The notes under the pieces were generated by a model. It saw only the letters and a program-made list of their open reading frames with translations. It was not told the DNA's origin and made no database searches. The position numbers and the translations under genes are program-made. DNA of 64,000 nt from a virus (lineage: Duplodnaviria > Heunggongvirae > Uroviricota > Caudoviricetes), in the IMG/VR virus record IMGVR_UViG_3300020049_005532, positions 22,466 to 86,465 of that record. One strand, given 5' to 3'. Below, piece after piece: positions 9,201-18,556 of this stretch (the first letter of the stretch is position 1; each line of letters starts with the position of its first letter).

Positions 9201-12200
9201 ATGGCTTCATCTTCTGTTAATCTTAAAGCCTTGGGTCTCAATTTCCAAGGCAACTCGTTAGACGTTCCAGATGGTAGCATGGCTGAAGCAAGCAATGTTA
9301 ACATCCGAAGGGACTCTACTGTTGAGCCTCGTCGAGGGTTTAAGCTTGATGGCGATAGCTTTGGTACGGTTAACGATAGACTTAAACAGTTATTTGTTTA
9401 CAAAGATCGAATCCTTCGTCACTACGCTACCACTTTACAATTTGAAGATGGAACAAACAACGACGGAACTCGCAAGTTCTCTAACTTCAACGGTTCTTAC
9501 ACTGAGGCACAAACGGGCCTAAGAACTAAGAGTATTGAAGCAAGTGGCAACTTCTATTTTACTTCTTCTGAAGGTATTCGAAAGATCTCAGCTAAAACAG
9601 CGGATCAACTTAGCACTTCTTCTGGCTATATTACAAAAGCTGGAGGAATTAAAGCAATCGATCTTGAAACTGACCTAGTTTCCACTTATGGCAATCAAAC
9701 GGGCTTTTTGCCAGAAGACAGTGCCGTGGCTTACCGCGTTGTATGGGCCAAGACTGACGCCAATGACAATCTCATTCTTGGTGCTCCTTCCGAGAGATCT
9801 GAAGTATATAATCCCATCCTTTCTCTTATGCTACAAGATTTTGCAAGGCTTCTTGGTGCATTAGATGATATTGACCAATCTGGTAGCTTAATTAATGATG
9901 GCGATTATGTTTCTACGCTTCTTCTTGAGTCAGCAGCTAGCGCATCTGAATTAAAAGCTAATACCATCGCTCTTGCTACTAAAATTGATGAAGACATCTT
10001 GCTAGCAAATGATACAGGCACTGGCGCTCAATTGACGATTGATTCAGCCGCAATTGCTTCAGGAACATGCACTGTAACGTTTGATCCTTCTACTCCAAGT
10101 AGTTTTCTTAGTGCCGGAAGTGTTATATATCTTTCCGGATTTGTTGTTACTGGAACTGGCGATATTAACGGCCTTCAAACTGTTCTAGCCGTAGACGATT
10201 CGACCGATACAATAACATTTACTACAACAGCAACGGGAACTGTGGCAATTACTGGAGCCAAGATTGAAAGCGGTGAATATCGCAATATTATTGCCACTGG
10301 AACAACTGACTATCCTACTTCATTGGAAGACTTAGTTCTTTCTACGACTCCAACTTTTATTGAACAAAAAACTATTCAAGTTACAATTGAACGTATAATT
10401 TTACAACTTCAAGAAGAACCAACCGCAATTGTTGATGCGGCATTAGTTACTTCGTTCCTTGACCCGCTAGATATTACAACTACTTCAACGGTAAAGATCA
10501 CAATTAACATTCCAAGCGATGTTACAGTTGATAACTTTTTTCAAATCTATCGTTCTAGTATCTCACAAGCCACAGGAACAACAGTATTGTTGGATCTTAC
10601 TCCAAACGACGAAATGCAGCTTGTTTACGAGGCATACCCAACTTCAGCAGAGCTTACCGCTAAAGAAATTATTGTTGAAGATATCACTCCCGATGCATTT
10701 CGCGGAGCAAATCTTTACACAAACGAGGCCACTGGAGAAGGCGCATTAGCGGCTAACGATTCCCCTCCCTTTGCCAAAGACATTGGATTCTTTAAAAATA
10801 GCGTATTTTTTGCTAATACTAAAACAAAGCAGCGTAAGTTACTGTCAATGCTTGGCGTATCTTCTTTAATAGAAGACTACAATAACACAATAACGCCGAA
10901 GCTGACAATTAGCGATGGCACCGACACAACTACATATACGTTTGTCACAGGCCAACAAGAAATCACAACCGTTGAGACAGTTGCAGATTCTGCCGACTCT
11001 TTAAACGGTAAATACTTTACTTTTAATACTGCGTATGATAAAGTCGAATATTATGTTTGGTATAAAACATCTGGAGGCGCAGAGAGCGATCCTGCTCCAG
11101 CCGGTAAAACAGGAATTAAAGTATTAATTACAACAAACGATACAGCTGACACAGTTGCGTCCAAAACTTGCTATACCATTGCTCGGTATATCAATGACAT
11201 TGAAGCATCTGTAGCAACAGATACTATCACTATTACTAACGTTGAAGCCGGTCCTGCGACAGACGCTCTAGCTAACACTAGCGGATTTACAGTTGTGGTT
11301 ACTACACAAGGACGAGGAGAAGATGCCGCAACTAATCAAGTTCTTCTCTCTACTGTCGTTTCTCCGGCTATTGCGGTTGATGAAACGGCAAGATCACTAG
11401 TTCGTGTTATTAACAAGAACTCAGATTCTCCAATTTATGCTTATTATCTTTCTGGGGCACAATCTGTTCCTGGACAAATGTTATTTGAAAGCAAGAATTT
11501 GACCGATGACGAGTTCTATATTATCGTAAATAATGCGGCTGTTGGAGCATCCTTTACTCCAAACATCTCCCCAACCTTAACGATCTCAAGCATTGTTTTA
11601 GGCGGACCAACAGTTAACCTAATTACTACTTCATCAAACCACGGAATGACTGAAGCGGATCAAGTCATGATAACTAACACAACAACGACACCGGTTGTTG
11701 ATGGGTTATATACTATTACCTATGTATCTCCAACAACATTTAGAATTAATACAACTATAACAGTGGGCGACGGTTCTGACGCAGGGGCTTGTTCTCCGGC
11801 AGTTGATACAGAGTCTTCTTCAAACGAAGAAGCCCCAAACCGAATTTATTATTCAAAACAAGATCAACCGGAATCGGTTCCAATAGTTAACTTTTTTGAT
11901 GTTGGTGCTGGCGATAAAGCAATTCTTCGCATTCTTGCTTTACGAGATAGCCTGTTTGTATTTAAAGAAGACGGACTATTTCGGGTAAGCGGAGAAACTA
12001 CTCCATTTACTCAAGCTTTATTTGATAACAGCTTTATTCTCCTTGCCCCAGATTCTTTAGATGTTTGTAATGGAGAAATATATGGCTGGACAACTCAAGG
12101 TATATCTAAACTTTCAGAAGGCGGAGCTACCCCAGCAATATCTCGCCCAATTGATACTCAGATATTGAAGCTTGCAAGCAGCCGATATACTAATTTTAAA

Positions 12201-13562
12201 ACTGTCACATTTGGTCTTGGCTACGAGTCCGAGAATTCATATTTGGTTTGGACTTTAAGTGAAACAGATGATACGGTTGCGACGATTTGCTATCGCTATA
12301 ATACCTTGACCAACACTTGGACAACATATGATATTTCCAATACATGCGGAACTATCAATAGTGTTGACGATAAAATGTATTTAGGCGCTGGCGATACTAA
12401 CTACATGGAACAAGAGCGTAAGAACTTCGATAGAACAGACTTTACTGATCGAGAAAGCGAATTAAGTCTTGATTCAGGAAACTATCTAAATAACTTCTTA
12501 AAGTTTTCTGACGTTGATGGAATTTCTGTTGGAGATGTAATAACGCAAAATCAAACATTGACTATTTATAAATTTAATGCATTACTTGAAAAAATTGATA
12601 CTGATATTAATCCTACTTCGACTGAGTATTTTGATTATCTCGAGGCCGTCGCTGGCGATAACATGCGAACAAAGCTAATTCTACTAGCACAAAAGTTAGA
12701 TGCTGATGTTCGAGTTGCAAGCACTGACTACGAGGCTTCGATTGATTCGTATAGTGGAAGCATTACTTCGGTTTCAATTGCAAATCCGACAGTAGTTACA
12801 ACTTCGGCTCCTCATGGACTACTGACTACTCGATATGTTACTCTTGCTGGGACTACTTCAACTCCGACTGTAGTCGGTTCATTTGGCGTAACTGTAACTG
12901 GAGCCAGCACTTTCACAGTGCCTGTGTCGGTAACTACTGGAGGAGCGGGTGGAACATTCGTTACTGACGATGATAGTTTCGAGGATCTTAAGGCTTGTTT
13001 TAATATCATTGTTGATAAGCTCAATAATGATAGCAGTCTTGATTTCACAAATTATAATGATATTGAAGACGATTCGCTCTTGGAAGCTGTCGTTTTGGAA
13101 GTAATTCCGGCAACAAATCGAGTGAAGTTAAATAATACTTTACCTTTTATTATTGGCCCAATGACACTATACAAATCTTTTGAATCTTCTATTCAGTACA
13201 CTCCGCAAATTATGGGAGACCCAATGGGTCTTAAGCACATTTCAGAAGCTACCATAATGTTCGAAAATAGAAATTTTACTAAAGCAAAGCTTGGATTTTC
13301 TACCGACCTTTTGCCAGAACGCATTGATGTTCCATTTAGCGGAAGAAGCACTGGTCTTCTTGGACATAATCGTTTTGGCGGAGCGTTCTTTGGCGGAGGA
13401 GCCAATTCGTCTCCATTTAGAACATATGTTCCTCGTCAATGTCAAAGATGTCGATTTATTAATGTTCGTTTCTCGCATCAAGTTGCAAGAGAGCAGTATG
13501 CAATTTTTGGTATTACATTGACTGGTAACGTTTCTCAATCGTCTAGAGCATACAGAGGTTAG
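9201..13562 (+). CDS. Large tail / tail-spike-like virion protein (1453 aa).
   Basis: Long T/S/A-rich beta-type sequence in the late module. No catalytic motif recognised. Confidence 0.5.
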   Translation: MASSSVNLKALGLNFQGNSLDVPDGSMAEASNVNIRRDSTVEPRRGFKLDGDSFGTVNDRLKQLFVYKDRILRHYATTLQFEDGTNNDGTRKFSNFNGSYTEAQTGLRTKSIEASGNFYFTSSEGIRKISAKTADQLSTSSGYITKAGGIKAIDLETDLVSTYGNQTGFLPEDSAVAYRVVWAKTDANDNLILGAPSERSEVYNPILSLMLQDFARLLGALDDIDQSGSLINDGDYVSTLLLESAASASELKANTIALATKIDEDILLANDTGTGAQLTIDSAAIASGTCTVTFDPSTPSSFLSAGSVIYLSGFVVTGTGDINGLQTVLAVDDSTDTITFTTTATGTVAITGAKIESGEYRNIIATGTTDYPTSLEDLVLSTTPTFIEQKTIQVTIERIILQLQEEPTAIVDAALVTSFLDPLDITTTSTVKITINIPSDVTVDNFFQIYRSSISQATGTTVLLDLTPNDEMQLVYEAYPTSAELTAKEIIVEDITPDAFRGANLYTNEATGEGALAANDSPPFAKDIGFFKNSVFFANTKTKQRKLLSMLGVSSLIEDYNNTITPKLTISDGTDTTTYTFVTGQQEITTVETVADSADSLNGKYFTFNTAYDKVEYYVWYKTSGGAESDPAPAGKTGIKVLITTNDTADTVASKTCYTIARYINDIEASVATDTITITNVEAGPATDALANTSGFTVVVTTQGRGEDAATNQVLLSTVVSPAIAVDETARSLVRVINKNSDSPIYAYYLSGAQSVPGQMLFESKNLTDDEFYIIVNNAAVGASFTPNISPTLTISSIVLGGPTVNLITTSSNHGMTEADQVMITNTTTTPVVDGLYTITYVSPTTFRINTTITVGDGSDAGACSPAVDTESSSNEEAPNRIYYSKQDQPESVPIVNFFDVGAGDKAILRILALRDSLFVFKEDGLFRVSGETTPFTQALFDNSFILLAPDSLDVCNGEIYGWTTQGISKLSEGGATPAISRPIDTQILKLASSRYTNFKTVTFGLGYESENSYLVWTLSETDDTVATICYRYNTLTNTWTTYDISNTCGTINSVDDKMYLGAGDTNYMEQERKNFDRTDFTDRESELSLDSGNYLNNFLKFSDVDGISVGDVITQNQTLTIYKFNALLEKIDTDINPTSTEYFDYLEAVAGDNMRTKLILLAQKLDADVRVASTDYEASIDSYSGSITSVSIANPTVVTTSAPHGLLTTRYVTLAGTTSTPTVVGSFGVTVTGASTFTVPVSVTTGGAGGTFVTDDDSFEDLKACFNIIVDKLNNDSSLDFTNYNDIEDDSLLEAVVLEVIPATNRVKLNNTLPFIIGPMTLYKSFESSIQYTPQIMGDPMGLKHISEATIMFENRNFTKAKLGFSTDLLPERIDVPFSGRSTGLLGHNRFGGAFFGGGANSSPFRTYVPRQCQRCRFINVRFSHQVAREQYAIFGITLTGNVSQSSRAYRG

Positions 13563-13564
13563 TT

Positions 13565-13978
13565 GTGAAGCTCCCAAGCGTTAGCCGTATAAACAAGAAT
13601 GATTATCCGGAAGACAGTAAACAGCTGGTCGAAAAACTAGCTGATACTATTAATCCAAATACAGAGATGCTTTACGAATTGGCCAATAAAAAGACATCTC
13701 TTCGTGATAACATGCTCTGTACTGTTCGCGACTTTACTGTGTCAGTCGATGCCAACGGCGTGCCTCTGACACGCACTAGTGTCGCATTAGACACGCCAGG
13801 CAAGGTTGACGGGGTGTCAGTTATACGAGTAACTAACGCAACAAATGCTAATACTTATCCAAATAGTCAGCCGTATGTTGGTTTTACTCCACAAGCCTCT
13901 GCTATAAACATTGATGTCGTTAAAGGACTTAGTGTCGGTAGTCAGTGGACAATAAGAATTATTATTTGGCAAGCTTAA
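13565..13978 (+). CDS. Hypothetical virion protein (137 aa).
   Basis: GTG/ATG-coupled to the upstream gene. Confidence 0.4.
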   Translation: MKLPSVSRINKNDYPEDSKQLVEKLADTINPNTEMLYELANKKTSLRDNMLCTVRDFTVSVDANGVPLTRTSVALDTPGKVDGVSVIRVTNATNANTYPNSQPYVGFTPQASAINIDVVKGLSVGSQWTIRIIIWQA

Positions 13979-13982
13979 TTTT

Positions 13983-14037
13983 AACAACTTAGTGTATGGG
14001 AACGACCGTTCTCTTATTATCGTTTATAGGGTAGGAA
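13983..14037 (+). promoter_or_regulatory. Second copy of the AACAACTTA...TATAGGGTAGGAA motif, upstream of the ATG at 14039. It carries a degenerate tandem copy.
   Basis: AACAACTTAGTGTATGGGAACGA...GTTTATAGGGTAGGAATATG compared with AACAACTTATAGGGTAGGAACGTATG at 7161. Confidence 0.4.
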
Positions 14038-14038
14038 T

Positions 14039-15508
14039 ATGGCAACAAGCAATACTGCGAATAGACAAGGTTCTGGATTTGTAAATCTCCAGAAAGTTAT
14101 TGGCGCTAACAAGTCCAATCAACTCGGTTCTGCCATTCAATCTGGCGTTGGAAACCGTGTCGGTCAGATTAAACAAGATTTAGGTAAAGTTCAAAATCAA
14201 TTTCAAACTGGCCTCCAATCAAATAAAATTGGAACAGATCAAGATAAAAGCTTTGTAGACCAATCTCTAACAAAAGCACAAACTTCACCAAACGATATAA
14301 ATGACCAAGACGTAAGCAAGTTTCAATCACTTCTTTCTGGTCAATATAAAGGTCCCACTGGTCTTCAAAATACTGGCGCAGTAGACGCTCAAGCGATGGA
14401 GCTTGGACAGTATGGTTCTAACATTGGTTCTGCTGCTGGCAGAACTAATCTTCTTCAGCGATATGCTGGAGGAAATAAATATTCACAAGGCCAACAACGT
14501 CTTGATAATCTTCTTCTCGGACAGACCGCTGGTTCGCAGCTTAAGGACGTTCGGAAGCAAGCAATGGGACTATCTGGCGATGTAAATCAAGCTAAGGCAA
14601 TGGCCGCTGGTCAAGGACAACAGGCCAGAATGGAAGCTGCTGGATTCGGCAAAGGAATTACCGAAAGACTTGGAGTTATGGATGATCCAACTACCGAAGC
14701 GGACGAGTCTAAAGGTATTTATGGCGATTTCCAAAAAGCCATTGCTAAAAAGGCCGCTGACTATAATCAGCAACAAAAAGATGCCTATAGTTTATATGAA
14801 GGTCTTGGATCTAGACCAGATGACGCATATACTGAAACAGAACTTCAGCGCCTCGGTCTAACTGAAGGCACTAATCTTTATGATTTAAATCTTGGACAAT
14901 ATATTCCAAAGGCCCCATCAGAGCAAGCAGCTCAGCGAGTTGCTTCCGCTGAAGATTATGCTAAATATCAAGCTTTAAATCGCCTTGCTGGACGAGATAA
15001 TACTTTCTTGTATGATCGCAACATGGCTGGAACCGCTGAACAAGTTGGCGGATTTGATAAAAACATGTTCGAATCCGACTTAGGTAAAAAACAAGCTGCT
15101 GTTGGAGAGGTACAAGGACGACTCGCTGGTTTGGAAAACGAACTTGCTTATAGAGAGCAGTGGTCAAAACAAACTTTAGCAAATAGTCCTGAAGCAATGA
15201 GTGCTTGGCAGAATGGCAACGTTGATCAAGCTGCTGCAATTTTGGCTTCACAACTTATGGCACAAAATGGCGGACAGCCTCCAACTGTTGAACAACAAGC
15301 GATTATCAATAAGATGAGAGAAGATGCTGGACCAATTCAACAATACAGAAACCAAATTTCTGGTGTTCGAAACGAATTAAACGCTTATAATCCAAATCGT
15401 CGTTTAGCAATATTACAAAATCAAGCTAAATCTCCAGACCAACAATACGCAATGCCAGTAGATCCAGTTCTTGGCGGCGGTAAAACTGTGAAGAACACAG
15501 GAGTATAA
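14039..15508 (+). CDS. Q/N-rich low-complexity protein (489 aa), candidate internal virion / ejection protein.
   Basis: Composition and position after the tail genes. Confidence 0.4.
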   Translation: MATSNTANRQGSGFVNLQKVIGANKSNQLGSAIQSGVGNRVGQIKQDLGKVQNQFQTGLQSNKIGTDQDKSFVDQSLTKAQTSPNDINDQDVSKFQSLLSGQYKGPTGLQNTGAVDAQAMELGQYGSNIGSAAGRTNLLQRYAGGNKYSQGQQRLDNLLLGQTAGSQLKDVRKQAMGLSGDVNQAKAMAAGQGQQARMEAAGFGKGITERLGVMDDPTTEADESKGIYGDFQKAIAKKAADYNQQQKDAYSLYEGLGSRPDDAYTETELQRLGLTEGTNLYDLNLGQYIPKAPSEQAAQRVASAEDYAKYQALNRLAGRDNTFLYDRNMAGTAEQVGGFDKNMFESDLGKKQAAVGEVQGRLAGLENELAYREQWSKQTLANSPEAMSAWQNGNVDQAAAILASQLMAQNGGQPPTVEQQAIINKMREDAGPIQQYRNQISGVRNELNAYNPNRRLAILQNQAKSPDQQYAMPVDPVLGGGKTVKNTGV

Positions 15509-16600
15509 ATGGACCCGTTAACAATTGGTGTAGTTGCCGCGCCTATAATCGGCGGAATTATTGGGAACTTAGCAGGGGGCAGTGATAGAAACGCTGCCAA
15601 TAATGCTTATAATCAAGCTATCTCGGAACTCATGGCCATTGGGATGCCTCCTAATTTGGCCAAAGAAGTTGTTCTTAAAGAGTTTCAAAGCGCAGGTAAA
15701 CTTACTCCTGAGATGGAACAAGAAGTTAATCTTGGTCCCTCAAAGGTTGAAGGAATAACAGAAGACCCTTCTACTCGCGAAGCTCAAGTTCAAGCATTAC
15801 AACTTCTCCAGCAATCTGGACGAGGTATTTCTCCACAAGATCGCTTGAAGTTTAACGAGATGCGTCAGCAAGTACAACGGGACGCTGAAGCTAAACGTCA
15901 ACAGATTCTACAAGAATATAAGCAACGCGGTATGGGCGGTTCTGGCGCAGAGCTAGCTGCTCAATTGTCACAAGCTCAAGCCGGAGCTAACCAATCTTCT
16001 ATGGAAGGTGATCGCATCGCTGCCGCTAGTGCAGAGAATGCACTTAACGCCATTCGTGAATCAGGTAATCTTGGTGGACAAATTCGCGGCCAAGATTTTG
16101 ATGTAGCAAGAACTAAAGCGTCTGCTGCTGATGAGTTTGCAAAGTTTAACGCACAAAACCAAGCGTCTAGACAAGCAAGAAATATCGGGTCTAGAAATGA
16201 CGCACAATCGGCTAATTTAGCTAATGCTCAAGCTATTATGAATCAAAATACAGCACAAGCTAACCAAGAACGTTTGCGACAAAACGAAGCACAACGAACT
16301 TACTGGCAAGATCAAGCTCAAAGAGCACAAATGCGTGCTGGGGCTTATAATCAACAAGGTTCACAAGCTGATGCAAGAGCAGGAAGAACCGCTAACATGT
16401 GGGCCGGAGCCGGACAGGCAATCGGTTCCGGATTAGATTCTTATGCTAATCGAAGAGAGCAAAGGGCATCTACTGCCGCAATAACAGCAAACACAGCGGC
16501 TAGAATGGCTGGGCCGCAGGTGGCAGGAAACGTCAACGGTGCGCCAATTAATTCGTCTTACGAGTATCCAGAATATGGACAATACGGCAAGAAATACTAA
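15509..16600 (+). CDS. Q/A/N-rich low-complexity protein (363 aa) with an N-terminal hydrophobic segment, candidate internal virion protein.
   Basis: N-terminal hydrophobic stretch LTIGVVAAPIIGGIIGNLAGG. Q/A-rich. Confidence 0.4.
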   Translation: MDPLTIGVVAAPIIGGIIGNLAGGSDRNAANNAYNQAISELMAIGMPPNLAKEVVLKEFQSAGKLTPEMEQEVNLGPSKVEGITEDPSTREAQVQALQLLQQSGRGISPQDRLKFNEMRQQVQRDAEAKRQQILQEYKQRGMGGSGAELAAQLSQAQAGANQSSMEGDRIAAASAENALNAIRESGNLGGQIRGQDFDVARTKASAADEFAKFNAQNQASRQARNIGSRNDAQSANLANAQAIMNQNTAQANQERLRQNEAQRTYWQDQAQRAQMRAGAYNQQGSQADARAGRTANMWAGAGQAIGSGLDSYANRREQRASTAAITANTAARMAGPQVAGNVNGAPINSSYEYPEYGQYGKKY

Positions 16601-16609
16601 GGTGGTAAA

Positions 16610-18556
16610 ATGAGTGGTTGGTCTTTTTTAAAAGCAGCTAAAAAAGCAGCAGGACCTGGCGAAGACGCCGCACGTCTTGCTCGTGAAAATATGGAAGTTG
16701 CATCAGATCTTTTAAAACAAGATCGAGACTTGCGTTATCTTCAGGGACAATTTCAATCTGCAAATCCAGATATTGACGCAACTAAAGCGGTTTCTAGTGC
16801 ATTTAATGATCCAATGAACGCAAGAAATTCGGCTGCGATATTTGAAGAAGCCGGAATGTTATCTCCTCAAGCAGAGGCAATTCCGACTTTACCAAGAGGA
16901 AGATTTGACGCAAACTCTTCTCCGGCTGAAATGTCAGCATTTAATCAACCAAGTGCCAGAAACTCGATGTCTGTATTTCAAGAAAATAACATGCTTGATA
17001 CCGGTATTGTTCCTTTTCAAGAAAGAGGACTTGTTCCTTTAACTGAAAAAGGTTTAGTTCCTGTTGATATCAATATGGGAAGAACTTCAGCTCCTAGAGT
17101 GGGAGCTTTAGTAGATGATGCGCCACAACCAATGCGAGATGTTACTCCTCCTGGAGCTTCTGGTGGCGGTCGTGGTGGAGATATTCCTCCTGTTGCAGGA
17201 ATCAGTGGAAGTTTTGATGACATTCCTATGGATGTTAAACAATCTTTCTTGGCCCGAAATAAGGGTAAGATTGGCGCTGCCGCATTAGGCGGTGCCGGAC
17301 TTTTAGGTATTAGTGCTTTAATGGATGATGGCCAACAGGCACAACAAGCGGCTCCGGCTGTGGCTCCATCAAATGCGCAAAAATCTGCGGTCCCAGTAGA
17401 AACTCCCGCTTCTTCTGCAAAAGCTAGCGTTGGAATTAAAGGTCCTGTTGCTATGGGAGGCTCTGGTTTGCCTGGGTCCGCTCCACAACAAGATCCTTTG
17501 AAAGTTTTAGATTTTGGTCAAGGTTATAAAGATACAGCGGCTGCATTACAAGCCGAACAAGAAAGACGTAACGACTCCGTTTTAAGAAGTCAGCTTGGCA
17601 AGGCTGCTAGTCTTCTTGGTGCAAGTATTGCTGGTACTAAGCCTGTGGCTAATGAATTATTTGATGCAAATATGAAGGAAGCCGACGTTCGTTTACAACA
17701 ACATAACGACCGTATGGCTAAAGAAAAGCTAGATCCAAACTCTCCGCTGTCAAAAGGCATGAGGGAGATGGCTAAGAATCTTCTTGGTATTGAAATTCGA
17801 GGGGACGCTTCAGCCGAAGAACTTATGAAGACAATGCCAATGCTTCAAGGCTATTACCAATCGGGTGAGAATCGACAAGCAAGAAAAGAAGCCGACGCAC
17901 AAAGAAGTAAGGATCGGGCTGCGGCGCTTGAAGTTGCAAAGCTTCAAAGAGAAACCGCTAGTGAGACAAAGCGTTCAGAAAAGCTTGAAAGTTACACTAA
18001 AGAAATGCGAAAAGATTTGGTTTCTGGACCTCTTGCAAAACAATACGAAAGTGTTGTTAACGCAAAGACGGCTCTTTCTGATTTAGACGCATTTAGAAAA
18101 AACCCAACGGGCTATAGTGACTATGGAACTCTTATGCGAGCATTAAAAGTCTTGCAAGGTGACGCTTCCGTTGTTCGAGAGACAGAGATGAAGATGGGTA
18201 AAGCTGCCGGTTCATTGCCTCAGACTCTCCAAAACTACATTCAACAAATGGCCGATGGTCGTTCATTACAACCTAAACAACGTCAAGAGATTCTTGATAC
18301 AATTAATCAAATGGATAATTCAGCGACTTCTTTATATTTACGAGCAGCTGAACCTTATTTAGAAAATGCAAGAGAGCTTGGCTTAAATACAAATTATATT
18401 CTTCCTGGTATCTTGCGCGATAGTGATAAAAAAGAAGCTTCAACACAAAAGACTTCGTCTTATCCAAAGCAAGTTCGTAATATGCAAACTGGAGCAATGG
18501 CAACAGTTTCTAATGCTCAAGAAGAAGCTGAAGCTAATTCTGAAGGATTTCGATAA
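16610..18556 (+). CDS. Low-complexity A/Q-rich protein (648 aa), candidate internal virion protein.
   Basis: Composition only. Confidence 0.4.
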   Translation: MSGWSFLKAAKKAAGPGEDAARLARENMEVASDLLKQDRDLRYLQGQFQSANPDIDATKAVSSAFNDPMNARNSAAIFEEAGMLSPQAEAIPTLPRGRFDANSSPAEMSAFNQPSARNSMSVFQENNMLDTGIVPFQERGLVPLTEKGLVPVDINMGRTSAPRVGALVDDAPQPMRDVTPPGASGGGRGGDIPPVAGISGSFDDIPMDVKQSFLARNKGKIGAAALGGAGLLGISALMDDGQQAQQAAPAVAPSNAQKSAVPVETPASSAKASVGIKGPVAMGGSGLPGSAPQQDPLKVLDFGQGYKDTAAALQAEQERRNDSVLRSQLGKAASLLGASIAGTKPVANELFDANMKEADVRLQQHNDRMAKEKLDPNSPLSKGMREMAKNLLGIEIRGDASAEELMKTMPMLQGYYQSGENRQARKEADAQRSKDRAAALEVAKLQRETASETKRSEKLESYTKEMRKDLVSGPLAKQYESVVNAKTALSDLDAFRKNPTGYSDYGTLMRALKVLQGDASVVRETEMKMGKAAGSLPQTLQNYIQQMADGRSLQPKQRQEILDTINQMDNSATSLYLRAAEPYLENARELGLNTNYILPGILRDSDKKEASTQKTSSYPKQVRNMQTGAMATVSNAQEEAEANSEGFR

